This document shows positions 32,066-42,452 of a DNA stretch of 64,000 nt, piece after piece (positions within the stretch are counted from its first letter, which is position 1; the number at the start of each line of letters is the position of its first letter). The notes beneath the pieces were generated by a model. That model was not told the origin of the DNA. It was given only the letters and a program-made list of their open reading frames with translations, and ran no database searches. The stretch comes from an uncultured Planctomycetaceae bacterium. GTDB lineage: Bacteria; Planctomycetota; Planctomycetia; Planctomycetales; Planctomycetaceae. A program made the position numbers and the translations under genes. The DNA lies in contig CAXBME010000001.1 of assembly GCA_963976765.1 (NCBI GenBank), forward strand, positions 372,001 to 436,000, given 5' to 3'.

Positions 32066-32909
32066 GGTCGACCAGCCTCTCGCTCCACTAACGTGGATGA
32101 AAACCGGTGGCGTGGCGCAGTACATCGTCACGCCGCGAAATCGGGACGAGCTGCTGGCTGTCGTCATCTGGTGCCACGAAAATGAGACCCCCATTCATGT
32201 TCTGGGTGGTGGCTCAAACGTGCTGGTTCGCGACGATGGCGTCAGCGGGGTCGTCCTTCGCCTGGCGGACTCGGCATTTGGAAGTGTCGAGGTGGACGGC
32301 ACGATCGTACGAGCCGGAGCGACCGCCCTTCTTTCGCACGTGATTTCCGAATCCGTAATGGCCGGGTTGGCCGGACTGGAATCTCTGGTCGGAATTCCAG
32401 GCACAATCGGTGGAGCATTGCGGGGCAATGCTGGTGGCAAGAACGGAGACATCGGGCAGTTCGTTTCTGCGGTGACGGTTTTGACCGCCAAGGGCGAACT
32501 GTTCACGCGACGCGAAGACGAGCTTTCCTTCACCTACCGAAACAGCAGCCTCAACGAACTGGTCATCCTCGAAGGCGAGTTTCAGCTGCACGAGGATTCG
32601 GCGGAAGAAATCACTCGTCGAATGAAAAAACTGTGGATCATGAAAAAGGCCACACAGCCGCTGGCGTCACAATCGGCCGGCTGTATTTTTCGAAATCCAC
32701 GAGGGCTCAGCTCGGGAGCATTGATCGAACAGGCCGGGCTGAAGGGAACGCGAGTTGGCGGTGCAGAAGTCAGCGACCGACATGCCAACTTTATCGTCAC
32801 CCATCCAGAGGCAACTTCCGCAGACGTGCTGAGGCTGATCGATCTGATTCAGTCAAAAGTTTCAGAGCAGTTCGGTGTGGAGCTGGAACTGGAGATCCAA
32901 GTCTGGTAA
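32031..32909 (+). CDS. murB: UDP-N-acetylmuramate dehydrogenase
   Basis: LGGGSNVL, GIPGTIGG, NAG, SAGCIFRNP, HANF, LELEI. Confidence 0.95.
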   Translation: MSLLEQFSEITEVDQPLAPLTWMKTGGVAQYIVTPRNRDELLAVVIWCHENETPIHVLGGGSNVLVRDDGVSGVVLRLADSAFGSVEVDGTIVRAGATALLSHVISESVMAGLAGLESLVGIPGTIGGALRGNAGGKNGDIGQFVSAVTVLTAKGELFTRREDELSFTYRNSSLNELVILEGEFQLHEDSAEEITRRMKKLWIMKKATQPLASQSAGCIFRNPRGLSSGALIEQAGLKGTRVGGAEVSDRHANFIVTHPEATSADVLRLIDLIQSKVSEQFGVELELEIQVW

Positions 32910-32976
32910 TTAGTCACTTCCTCTGAAACATCCGGGCGAGCGATGTTCACGGCTGAACGACGCCCCGTTTCGAACA

Positions 32977-33963
32977 ATGGATTGGAAGTCCGCCATGGAC
33001 GGCATTCTTCATTCTCCGCTGGCCCCGCTGCGTGTCGCCGTTCTTGCTGGCGGCGATTCTGCCGAGCGGTCGATCAGCGTGAAAAGCGGTTCCGCTGTCG
33101 CAACCGCTTTGACTGAACGAGGCCACAAGGTCACCGTCATCGACCCTGCCGAGATATCGCTCGACACTTACGACTGGAGCAGCGTTGATATTGTCTTCCT
33201 CGCGCTGCACGGTACGTTCGGCGAAGACGGCGGTGTTCAGCAGATTCTTGAAGCTCGCAACGTGCTCTTTACCGGCAGCGATTCGGAAGCCTCAAGACTC
33301 GCGTTCAGCAAGTCGGCCGCGAAAGAACGATTCACTCTTTCGGGGATAAAAACGCCGGAATACGCCCTCGTTCACAGAAACGACTCCCTGGACCGCATCA
33401 CCAGGCAGGCGGCAGAAATTGGTTATCCGCTGGTCGTTAAGCCGGACTGCCAGGGATCAAGTCTTGGAGTGGTCATCGTCAATGATCAGTCAGCGCTGGC
33501 CGACGCCGTCGCGCAGAGTTTTGTGCTCGACAACTTCTGTCTGCTGGAACGGACGATCGTCGGAGCCGAGTGGACGCTGGGAGCAATCGACGATGATCCG
33601 CTGCCACTGATCAGAATCGGCACAGATCACCAGTTCTTCGACTTCGAAGCTAAATACAACGACGATGGCACCGAGTACCACTTTGACGAATCGATTCCGG
33701 ACGATTTTCGAAAGCAACTGACCGAAATCGGCGTCGCCGCGTGCCGAACGCTCGGTACAAAAGGTGTTGCACGAGTCGACATCATGGTCGATCGCGCCGG
33801 GCAGCCATGGGTTCTGGAAGTTAACACAATCCCCGGCCTGACCGATCACAGCCTGGTCCCCAAAGCCGCCGCGCGAATCGGCCTGGACATGGGTCAGTTC
33901 TGCGAAGTTGTGATCAAGCGAGCGTTGCAGGTCGGCAAGAAAAAACTCCGCCACGCGTCCTGA
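32977..33963 (+). CDS. ddl: D-alanine--D-alanine ligase
   Basis: GGDSAERSIS, LHGTFGEDG, GSSLG, FDFEAKY, LEVNTIPG. Confidence 0.95.
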   Translation: MDWKSAMDGILHSPLAPLRVAVLAGGDSAERSISVKSGSAVATALTERGHKVTVIDPAEISLDTYDWSSVDIVFLALHGTFGEDGGVQQILEARNVLFTGSDSEASRLAFSKSAAKERFTLSGIKTPEYALVHRNDSLDRITRQAAEIGYPLVVKPDCQGSSLGVVIVNDQSALADAVAQSFVLDNFCLLERTIVGAEWTLGAIDDDPLPLIRIGTDHQFFDFEAKYNDDGTEYHFDESIPDDFRKQLTEIGVAACRTLGTKGVARVDIMVDRAGQPWVLEVNTIPGLTDHSLVPKAAARIGLDMGQFCEVVIKRALQVGKKKLRHAS

Positions 33964-34092
33964 ATCCGTTGCGAGGGACTCACTCGGCGCTGGCGAAACG
34001 CCGTCCGTCACCTCACTCCTGCCCGCACGACTGAGTAGCCGCATGAATCATGCGTCAGATGGTGCCGGGCGAACGCGCTTACTGCCGCATTC

Positions 34093-34398
34093 TCACAGCA
34101 TGTCGAGAAACGCTCGCATTTCGGCTTCGGCGTGAGAGTTGCCGACTCGTTGCGCGGCGGCGATTCCCGTTAACAGGGCTTCGCGAGCTTCGTCAGTTTC
34201 ATCGAGTCGGTTCAAAATCTGCCCGCGCTGGAACCAGGCGGAAACGTGATCCGGGTTTGCACTGCAAAGTGCCTTCAGACGTTCAGCTGCCTCTTCCTCG
34301 TTCCCCTCGCTCGCGCAGGCCATCGCGACGGAATACTGCAGGAACTCGTCCGAGGGGCTGGCATCAAGCATCGTCTGGAGTTGTTCGCGAGTGGGCAT
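34093..34398 (-). CDS. Small tetratricopeptide-repeat protein
   Basis: PSDEFLQYSVAM, PDHVSAWFQRGQ and GIAAA...HAEAEM helical-repeat pattern. Confidence 0.78.
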   Translation of the reverse strand: MPTREQLQTMLDASPSDEFLQYSVAMACASEGNEEEAAERLKALCSANPDHVSAWFQRGQILNRLDETDEAREALLTGIAAAQRVGNSHAEAEMRAFLDML

Positions 34399-34836
34399 CC
34401 AGGCAACTTCTACCGGTTATCCGGGGTGGCTTTCGAAAACTTGCTGCTTCAGTCGAATTTCGGTCGCGTCGAAAAAAGACGGACGCCGTTCGAGACGTCC
34501 CCGGATTTTGACGGCAACCTGAACCAGTGCAAGCGCATCAGGCACTTGAATGTCACGGCGAGACCGGCCACTCACTGACTTCTTGAATGGAGTCGGTCGG
34601 TTGTTCTGAAAATCTCACAGTCCGCATCGCCTGACCGTTACAGACCGTCTCGAACCGAGCGAGGGTCCGCTCAGGCCGGTTGTACGCATCAGCTTGCGAG
34701 GCTTCAAGCATCAGCACGTGAATGGCCGATCCAGGAGATCGCTGAGGAGGAAACGGAGATCGCGGCTGGCCCCGGTGAAGGATCACCATTTCCGGGTCGG
34801 AGTCCGAGCATCGCCCTGCAACCGATACGCCATCAT

Positions 34837-36204
34837 ATGATCAACCGCATTTTTCAACTCGGTCTCTGTGCCATTGTCCTTACGCTTTCGACCGTACCCG
34901 CCCAGGCGGAGTCGGTACGCGAAACGGCGGTGGTTAAAGCGATTCGTCGCGCTCAGTCCGCCGTGGCCAACATCCACAGCGAGAAAACTGCCGACGATTC
35001 TGGCTCTCTGTTCTCATCGAGTCAGGGACGCAAGATTAACGGAATGGGCACGGGAGTCATTATTGACGAACGAGGCTACATCGTCACCAACCATCATGTC
35101 GTCGAAGGTGTTGACTCATTGCGGGTCACCACGTTTGATGGCTCGGCCTATACCGCTCAGGTTGTTTCTTTCGATCGGAAGCACGACCTGGCGATTATCA
35201 AGATCAACCCAACCCGTTCACTGAACGTGATGCCGCTGGGAACGTCTTCCGATCTGATGCTGGGTGAGTCGGTGATCGCCGTCGGCAACGCTTATGGATA
35301 CGAGAACACAATGACGACGGGCATCATCAGCCAGTTGTCACGTGATGTCGAAGTCAATGAGAAACAGTCTTACCGAAATCTCATCCAGACGGATGCCAGC
35401 ATCAATCCGGGAAACAGTGGCGGACCGCTGATCAATCTCGACGGCGAAGTCATTGGTATTAACGTTGCCATTCGGGCTGGTGCTCAACGAATCGGATTTG
35501 CGATTCCAATCGACGACGCTCGAAAGATTATCGCCGAGTTGCTCAATGTCGAAAAGCTGAGCCAGACATGGCACGGCCTGGTGGGCACCGACATTAAGTC
35601 AGCCAGCGACCAGAAGCTGATTGTTGAAAACCTCATTCCCGACAGCCCCGCTGCCAAAGCTGGTCTGAAGCCCGGTGATGTCATCGTGGCAGCGGGTTCG
35701 ACCAAAGTGGCGGATGCCGCTGACTTTGAACGAGCGTGCCTGGGTAAAAAACCAGGTGAGTCGTTGAAACTCTCTGTTCAGCGAGCCGGCAAGAAGCAGG
35801 AACTGGCGCTCAATGTCGGAAGTGCAGCTGACCGCCCGGCTTCTGCCTACGGAACGATCGTCCGGGCCAACAACAGCTCTGACGACGGAACCAACGATAC
35901 TCTTTACCGAATGTTCGGCATCCGTCTGAGCCAGCTTGCTTCGAACGAGCGATCGCTTGTCGGTCCTCGTTATCGAGGCGGCATGCGAGTGATTCAGGTT
36001 CGCGATGGCGGACCAGCCGCTCTGAACGGCATCCAGCAGGGTGACATCCTGGTCGGTCTGCACCTTTGGGAATCGATCACTTTTGAAAACGTGAAATACG
36101 TGATCGAGCATCCGCAATTGAACACGTTCTCGCCACTGAAGTTTTACGTGCTGCGAGGTGAAGAAACGCTGTGGGGACATCTACCTGTCGGAAGCTTCCG
36201 ATAA
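34837..36204 (+). CDS. Trypsin-like serine protease with two PDZ domains (HtrA/DegP family)
   Basis: Signal peptide; TNHHV (His), DLA (Asp), INPGNSGG (Ser); two PDZ-like units. Confidence 0.93.
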   Translation: MINRIFQLGLCAIVLTLSTVPAQAESVRETAVVKAIRRAQSAVANIHSEKTADDSGSLFSSSQGRKINGMGTGVIIDERGYIVTNHHVVEGVDSLRVTTFDGSAYTAQVVSFDRKHDLAIIKINPTRSLNVMPLGTSSDLMLGESVIAVGNAYGYENTMTTGIISQLSRDVEVNEKQSYRNLIQTDASINPGNSGGPLINLDGEVIGINVAIRAGAQRIGFAIPIDDARKIIAELLNVEKLSQTWHGLVGTDIKSASDQKLIVENLIPDSPAAKAGLKPGDVIVAAGSTKVADAADFERACLGKKPGESLKLSVQRAGKKQELALNVGSAADRPASAYGTIVRANNSSDDGTNDTLYRMFGIRLSQLASNERSLVGPRYRGGMRVIQVRDGGPAALNGIQQGDILVGLHLWESITFENVKYVIEHPQLNTFSPLKFYVLRGEETLWGHLPVGSFR

Positions 36205-36236
36205 ATGCTCGGCGTCAGCAGGCAATTTGAAGAACA

Positions 36237-36307
36237 AATATCCAACAAGGAATGTCGAGAGCCGAAGTCTTCCCGACTTCGAGTTTCGACATTCCTTGTT
36301 GCATGTT
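36237..36307. repeat. Long palindromic intergenic element between convergent genes
   Basis: AATATCCAACAAGGAATGTCGAGAGCCGAAGTC pairs imperfectly with GACTTCGAGTTTCGACATTCCTTGTTGCATGTT around a 5-nt loop. Confidence 0.8.
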
Positions 36308-36336
36308 CGACATTCCAGCTTCCGAATTCGACCGGC

Positions 36337-37356
36337 CTACTCAGTAGCAATGCTCAACCGACATTCAACCGGCAGGTGATCGGAGTATCCGTTGCCGAAA
36401 AATCGCGGGCCGAGATAACTCCGCGATGGCTTTGGGATAGTGCCTGGTGACTTCGAGACGAACATCTGATAGTCAGCTTTGACTCGGCGCGTCGAATCCG
36501 TCACCCAGTTGACGTCTTGCCCGTCCAGCATGCCGGGTGAAAGAATGATGTGGTCGAGCACGTCCCACTTGTTCTGATAGACGTAGGTGCCAGCGTTGCC
36601 CTGCTGATGAAACTTCCACATCGAGTTGAACAGGACTCCCGGTCGCAGTTCTTCCGCGTTTCCCCATGTCCGAAGCGACTTGCTGACCGACGGGTCAGCG
36701 GGGGTGTCATTCAGGTCGCCAATGACCGCGAAGTCGACCGCTGGATTACTCATCAGAAGCTGGTCGATCCGTCGCCGCAGGACCGACGCCACTTCGATCC
36801 GGTTGGCGTCCGGATTTCTCCGGGAAGGCCAGTGATTCACAAAGACGAAAAACGGCTTTCCGCCGCTGGTGAAGCGTGCTTCCAGAATGTCGCGAGTCGG
36901 AAATTTTTCGATGCGATGAGTCCGTGACCGATCGAGCTTTGTTGTCTTTGCATCGTAAAGCAGCGCACAGTCAATCCCTCGGTAACTCGGCGAATCTTCA
37001 TGCACGATTCTGTAGTCGCGGCCGGTCTTCTTTAAAGCGTCAACCAGCATTTCCATCACGGCTCGGTTTTCGATTTCGCACAGGCCCAGCACGTCCGGTC
37101 CGCGTCCTGAATTCATGTCGCCAATCACGCGAGCCAGATTCGTCAACTTCAGTTCGAGCCGAGTCGCTGTCCATCCTTTGGGGTCGCCAGGTGTAAACTC
37201 CTCATCGCCTTCGGTCTTCGGGTCGTCGACCGTGTCGAAGAGGTTCTCGACATTCCAGAACGCGAGGCCAAGTTCTTCAGCATCGACCGGCCCAGGCTCG
37301 TACAGCAGACTGACCAGTGCGAATGAAAGAGCCGTTTTGAGAAGCAGAGAGCGCAT
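36337..37356 (-). CDS. Secreted endonuclease/exonuclease/phosphatase-family protein
   Basis: WNVENLFD, GLCEIEN, NHWPSR, GDLND, YSDHLPV; signal peptide. Confidence 0.9.
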   Translation of the reverse strand: MRSLLLKTALSFALVSLLYEPGPVDAEELGLAFWNVENLFDTVDDPKTEGDEEFTPGDPKGWTATRLELKLTNLARVIGDMNSGRGPDVLGLCEIENRAVMEMLVDALKKTGRDYRIVHEDSPSYRGIDCALLYDAKTTKLDRSRTHRIEKFPTRDILEARFTSGGKPFFVFVNHWPSRRNPDANRIEVASVLRRRIDQLLMSNPAVDFAVIGDLNDTPADPSVSKSLRTWGNAEELRPGVLFNSMWKFHQQGNAGTYVYQNKWDVLDHIILSPGMLDGQDVNWVTDSTRRVKADYQMFVSKSPGTIPKPSRSYLGPRFFGNGYSDHLPVECRLSIATE

Positions 37357-37404
37357 CAGGTGAACCTTAGAGGTTGGCGTTGAGAGAATGCTTGACCCAT
37401 GAAA

Positions 37405-37429
37405 CGCCCCGGACACCGAATCCGGGGCG
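37405..37429 (-). terminator. Probable intrinsic terminator downstream of the PVC heme protein
   Basis: CGCCCCGGA-7nt-TCCGGGGCG stem followed by TTT on the minus strand (short U-tract). Confidence 0.45.
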
Positions 37430-37457
37430 AAGATCGCAACCACAGAAACGCAGCCAA

Positions 37458-40400
37458 CTACTTGAAGACCTTGTGTTCAGGGTTACCTTTTGCATCGATG
37501 TAGGCAATCAGGTCGAGAACCTCTTCCAGCGTCATGGTGTTAAGCAGTTTGGCTGGCATCAGTGAAATTGGCGATGGTTGTATGATGTCGATTTCGTCCT
37601 TGCTGATGACGATGGGTTCGCAGTTTTCGATACCCAGCGGATTCGGCATCAAGGTGACGGACTTGTCGTCTTCGGAAACTTTCATCCCCGTGAACTGTTT
37701 TCCTGCGTCGGTTACGACAACCCATCCCTGGAACTTCTTGTCGATCTCTTTCGACGGATCGATGATCGACTGCAGAACGTGCAGCCGATCTTTTTTCGCT
37801 TCGAGCTTTGCCAGGTCGGGGCCAACTCGGCCGCCCACTTCCTTCATCTGGTGGCAGGCGAAACAGGCAACCGTCGTGAAGAGTTTCTTTCCGTTGGAAA
37901 ACGACCGGCCTTTCATGCTGGCGACCTGCTCGGAGAGTTCTTCAAATTTCCAGTCGCGTACGAACGGTCGAACTTCACCGATTTCGGTTGGTTCTGCAAT
38001 CGGGTTCTTTGCGAGGTAAGCATCGACGTCGGCGACAACGTGCATGACGCCAGCCATCGTTCGCCAGTGGCCGGGGAATGTGCAGACGTACGGATAATCG
38101 CCAGCCTGACTTGGAGCGACGATCACCAGACGTTCTGTCTCTCCAGATTGCAGAAGCTTTGTTGTATGAAGAATCTCTTTGGAATCGGGTACGAAGCCCT
38201 TCGCGAACGCGTCCGGCGACGTGGCCATTCGCTCGGCTGCCTGAGCGACTTCCATCATCCTGCCCGGCGTCGTGATCAGCAGGTTGTGCGGCATGATGTC
38301 GGTATTTTCGAGCACCAGCTCAAACGGCTTACCCGCCTGAACCACGATTTCGGGGCGGTCGTACCTCATGCGATGTGGAACTGTCCGAATCGTGATCATG
38401 CGGACGCCAAGGTCTCCGATTTCAGCTTTGATCATCTTTGCCCTGTCTGCCGGCAGCAGAACAGCGAGGTCATTGGCCAGTTGCAGAGACGTCCTGACGA
38501 CAATGGTTGCTCGTTCTGTGGCGTCGACGCTTTTGACGTAAGTCACCAGCGAATCAACCAGCGGTGCGACGACGTCTTCATCCTTTACCCATCGCGACCG
38601 AGGAATCCGCTGAATCCCTCGCGCGGCGGCGACTCTTGATACGCCCTTCTGGAGAAATCCAGCGAGAGTTCTGAATGTTTCAGAATCGTGACCCGGCACA
38701 TAGGTAATCGCGTTAATCGCCGCCCGCTGTATAAGCTCTGCCGAGTTCGCCCCCAGCTCGAATGTGGCGACCTCTTTCGGCGCAGGATTGTCTCTGGATT
38801 GAAAAACGGGATTCCTTGAGGAGTCCAAAGCTGTCAACCAGAAGCCGCTTAGTCGGTCAACGAAGCTTCCGTTATTCTCGCTCCGAGTCCAGACACGAAT
38901 GGTCTCGACGGAAACTTCTCGCCCCAGGTCGACTTCCCACCATGGATCGCGGGAGTTGCCTTTGGTGTGAGTCTGCCCGCCCTTTGCAAAGGCACCATCC
39001 ATATTTCCATCAATGGCTCGCTGAGCAACTCCACCGAAGTCGGTGCTGGACTGCTTCGCCTTGCCGCGGCGAGCGACGTTTTGCCCACCGCTGAATACCT
39101 CAACTTCAGCCAGCGTGAGAACGCGTCCCGACCCAGGTAAGGCAATTCGAATATACCGAGCGGTGGTGCCTTTCTCTTTCTCAGCCGCCGTGGCAAGACT
39201 TTCCGGCAGACCGTGAAGCAGCGGCTCGATTCGGGAATACAACGAGGCGCGAAGCTGTGAATCAGGAATAATCTGCACCGCATCCAGGAAGTCTCGCAGC
39301 GACCGAGTCGATTGTTCTGCAAGTGCCCACGCCTGATCAACCGACTGGTCAGCCGCGACAAGGGCGACATAGCCAATCCGTCTGGTGATCGGTCGTTTGG
39401 CCGAACGGGTCCACCTTTCAAATCTGGCACGTTCGCGGACCAGTTCTGAAGGTTCACGACGACTGAGCATCAGCACCAGGTCAAAGATCACCTGATTTGC
39501 TCCGGCAATATCGTTGGCGTCGACGTACTCGATTGCGCCGGTCAGCTCTGCCAGTTCGTTCGAGTTCTTTGTTGCTGCCAGTCCAGCGAGGGCTTCTGCA
39601 CGCTTCTGCTCACGAATTCCGGGCCGAGTGAGCATGGCCATATAAACGGGAGCAGACTTTGGCAGCTTGCTGAGATCTTCAGTCGGAATGCTGCCGAGGA
39701 TGTAGTCGATCCCTGCGGGATTGCCCGCCGCGAATGTTTCACCAGCGTTAATCGCCGACTTCCAGACAGGCTCCAGACCTCGGATTACCTCTTCCAGCGC
39801 GTAATTAATGTAGTAATCACGTTCGTGTTTGACGGCCTGTAACGCGACTTCGGCTGCCGCTGCAGTGTTCACCCACGAAGCGGCTCGGACGGCTTCCAGG
39901 CGAACGCGGGGATGCTCATCGTTCGCGGCTTTGTGCAACCAAGCGATGACTTCTTCCTGCGGGAAAAGATCGCGCCAGTGTGAGAGCACCCGGACGGCGG
40001 CGGCGCGAGCACGCCCGTCTTCTGAAGAAAGGACGCCTTCGAGGAGTGACCGGCTGAACTCGCGAATCTGCCCATCGTTACTGGCCGGCGTGTTATGGTG
40101 CTGGCAGATCCAAAGTGCTTCCAGCAGGTTGTGTGCGTAGTCTTTGCTGGCTGAATTCAGTCCCTTAACCCATGTCACCAAAGCTGCGGCGACTTTGTTT
40201 GCAGGGAATTCCCGCAGTTGAATACGAGTTCGATGTCGAACTCGATCTTCCGGAGACTTCAGTTGTTCCAGCAGCTCCGGGATCGACAGCTTCGTCAGAT
40301 CCTGATTCTTCAGCAGCGGACGACCGGGGTACGTGATTCTCCAGATGCGACCGTGAGTGTGGTCGCGGTTGGGATCTCGAAGGTTGTGCTGCATGTGGCC

Positions 40401-42452
40401 GACCAGAGGGTTAAACCAGTCGACGATGTAAAGCGCGCCGTCGGGGCCGAACTGGAGGTCGGTCGGTCGGAAGTTGCGGTCTGACGAGAACAGGATCGGG
40501 TCGATTTCTTTCCCTTCGAAACCCGAGCCCGCTTCATTGACAGTGTGCTGAAGAACGCCCTGGAAACCGATGCAGTTATTGAGCAGGTAGTTGCCCTGAG
40601 CTTCCGGTGGGAAGTGTCGGCTGGAAACGATTTCGCAGCCGGCGGTCGGTCGCACTCGTTTTTTGAAGAACTGTTCCATCTGCTTGCGATAGACGAACTT
40701 GAACGGTCCAAAGTCATCCTGGCCGGCGTAGTTCTGAGTTCGCATCGAGAACGCTGTACCGAAGTAGTTGGCTCCACCCGACGCATCCGCCACAAAGTTC
40801 TGGCCCCACGCGTCCCAGCAGTGTCCCCAGGGATTGGCGAAGTTGTACGACACGAATGTTTCGAGCTTCTGCCGGGTCGGATCGAAACGGTAGACCGCTC
40901 CGTGAGCATTGCGGGTCGGGCCGTAGGGAGTTTCCACCTGAGTAACGTGGAACGTTCCTTCGTGCATGTAAACGCCGCCGCCCGGTCCCCAGACGAATGC
41001 TCCAATCGCGTGATGGCTGTCGCCCGAGTCGAAGCCGCCCATGACGATCTTTTTCTGGTCAGCTTTGCCATCGCCGTTGGTATCAATCAGGTGAACGAGG
41101 TTCGGTTCCTGAGCAACGTACGCGCCGCCGTCGCCGACTTCGAATCCGGTCGGCAGGTGAAGCCCGTCTGCGAAGACAGTCTGCTTATCCGCTTTGCCGT
41201 CTCCGTCGGTGTCTTCGAAGATGAGCAGCTTGTCGTTCGGTTTGTTCGGCGGTTGATACTGCGGATAGCTCGGCATCGTCGCGACCCACAACCGTCCCTG
41301 CGGATCGAACGTGAAGTTGACCGGGTTTTCCAGCTCGGGAAAGTCCACTTCCGAGGCGAACAGGTTGATCTCGTAGCCATCCGCCACGGTGAACTTCTTA
41401 ATCGCTTCTTCAGGCGGCAGGATGTTGACCGGCTCTTTGAAATTCGTCGGAACATCGTAAAGCTGACGAGTCCCGCTGTAGTCGACCGGGCCGGTCATCG
41501 GTTTGCCCTGAGCAGCCGCCCAGATCCGCTTATCAACGACGGCACACATTTCATCGAGCTTGCCGCGTTCATTTTCAAGCACGTACTTGTCCGTGAACGG
41601 CGGATTGCCGTTGTCGCGTTCCGAACGTCCGCCATAAATGTAGAAGCCGTTCACCGCGCGGTAGCGATGGAAATATTGGAAATCCTTCTCAGCAATCTCG
41701 GCCATCATCGCGTCCGAGATCGACGATGGAGCAGCTGACTTCCCGAACACTGCTTTCGCAAACGCAGGAGCGAAGACTTTGTAGCCGTCCTCGCTCAAGT
41801 GAATTCCGTTGAAAGTCAGCGGAGCATCGTTCGCTGCGTAAAGCTCCAGGCTGAGCGAAAAGAGATCGACGAACGGAGTCTTCGTCTCTGCAGCCACTTT
41901 TCTCATTGTCTTTGTGTAAAGCTCGATGTTCGGATTCGAAGCCGAACCGTCCGGCAGGTTTGGGTTCTTCAAATTTTCATGAGCGATCGGCGAGCAGAGC
42001 ACTACCTGCGGAGCACCGTCGCCTGAATAGTTCTGCTTTGCGGTGTGAGCAATGAAGTCTCGCAGTTCCTGTTCGAATATCGCCAGTCCGGCTTCGCCGT
42101 TGAACGATTCGGCAAACCCGAAGAACGCAAAGATGACGTCAGCTCGAACGAGAGTGAGATGCTCGTCCGGGGGGCCGAAGTCCAGCGACCGAGGTCGGAA
42201 GCGAACTTCGTCAGCGGTGAAACCCTGGTTTCGCACGCTTAGATTCAGTTCGGGATGCAGCGTGTGAATCTGAGCTTCGATGTGGCCGAAGTATTGTTCA
42301 CGCTCAGCCAGCGTTCCGCCAATGAAGACGACGTTGTCGCCCTTCTTCAGTTGAACAATTCCGGCAGCATCAGCGGCAGTTGGTGTTCCGTGAAAAATCA
42401 TCGCCGCAAAAGCGATACTCGGCATCAATGATCGGGCGATGAGTCTGGTCAT
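37458..42452 (-). CDS. PVC-type heme-binding CxxCH multidomain protein (SGNH-like, beta-propeller, HEAT, F5/8, cupredoxin, cytochrome c)
   Basis: INLFASE...DTDGDGKAD propeller; HEAT-like VRLEAVRAA; AIDGN...PWWEVDLG; PHNLL...CTFPGH...M; CFACH...GPDL...SLMP. Confidence 0.9.
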   Translation of the reverse strand: MTRLIARSLMPSIAFAAMIFHGTPTAADAAGIVQLKKGDNVVFIGGTLAEREQYFGHIEAQIHTLHPELNLSVRNQGFTADEVRFRPRSLDFGPPDEHLTLVRADVIFAFFGFAESFNGEAGLAIFEQELRDFIAHTAKQNYSGDGAPQVVLCSPIAHENLKNPNLPDGSASNPNIELYTKTMRKVAAETKTPFVDLFSLSLELYAANDAPLTFNGIHLSEDGYKVFAPAFAKAVFGKSAAPSSISDAMMAEIAEKDFQYFHRYRAVNGFYIYGGRSERDNGNPPFTDKYVLENERGKLDEMCAVVDKRIWAAAQGKPMTGPVDYSGTRQLYDVPTNFKEPVNILPPEEAIKKFTVADGYEINLFASEVDFPELENPVNFTFDPQGRLWVATMPSYPQYQPPNKPNDKLLIFEDTDGDGKADKQTVFADGLHLPTGFEVGDGGAYVAQEPNLVHLIDTNGDGKADQKKIVMGGFDSGDSHHAIGAFVWGPGGGVYMHEGTFHVTQVETPYGPTRNAHGAVYRFDPTRQKLETFVSYNFANPWGHCWDAWGQNFVADASGGANYFGTAFSMRTQNYAGQDDFGPFKFVYRKQMEQFFKKRVRPTAGCEIVSSRHFPPEAQGNYLLNNCIGFQGVLQHTVNEAGSGFEGKEIDPILFSSDRNFRPTDLQFGPDGALYIVDWFNPLVGHMQHNLRDPNRDHTHGRIWRITYPGRPLLKNQDLTKLSIPELLEQLKSPEDRVRHRTRIQLREFPANKVAAALVTWVKGLNSASKDYAHNLLEALWICQHHNTPASNDGQIREFSRSLLEGVLSSEDGRARAAAVRVLSHWRDLFPQEEVIAWLHKAANDEHPRVRLEAVRAASWVNTAAAAEVALQAVKHERDYYINYALEEVIRGLEPVWKSAINAGETFAAGNPAGIDYILGSIPTEDLSKLPKSAPVYMAMLTRPGIREQKRAEALAGLAATKNSNELAELTGAIEYVDANDIAGANQVIFDLVLMLSRREPSELVRERARFERWTRSAKRPITRRIGYVALVAADQSVDQAWALAEQSTRSLRDFLDAVQIIPDSQLRASLYSRIEPLLHGLPESLATAAEKEKGTTARYIRIALPGSGRVLTLAEVEVFSGGQNVARRGKAKQSSTDFGGVAQRAIDGNMDGAFAKGGQTHTKGNSRDPWWEVDLGREVSVETIRVWTRSENNGSFVDRLSGFWLTALDSSRNPVFQSRDNPAPKEVATFELGANSAELIQRAAINAITYVPGHDSETFRTLAGFLQKGVSRVAAARGIQRIPRSRWVKDEDVVAPLVDSLVTYVKSVDATERATIVVRTSLQLANDLAVLLPADRAKMIKAEIGDLGVRMITIRTVPHRMRYDRPEIVVQAGKPFELVLENTDIMPHNLLITTPGRMMEVAQAAERMATSPDAFAKGFVPDSKEILHTTKLLQSGETERLVIVAPSQAGDYPYVCTFPGHWRTMAGVMHVVADVDAYLAKNPIAEPTEIGEVRPFVRDWKFEELSEQVASMKGRSFSNGKKLFTTVACFACHQMKEVGGRVGPDLAKLEAKKDRLHVLQSIIDPSKEIDKKFQGWVVVTDAGKQFTGMKVSEDDKSVTLMPNPLGIENCEPIVISKDEIDIIQPSPISLMPAKLLNTMTLEEVLDLIAYIDAKGNPEHKVFK

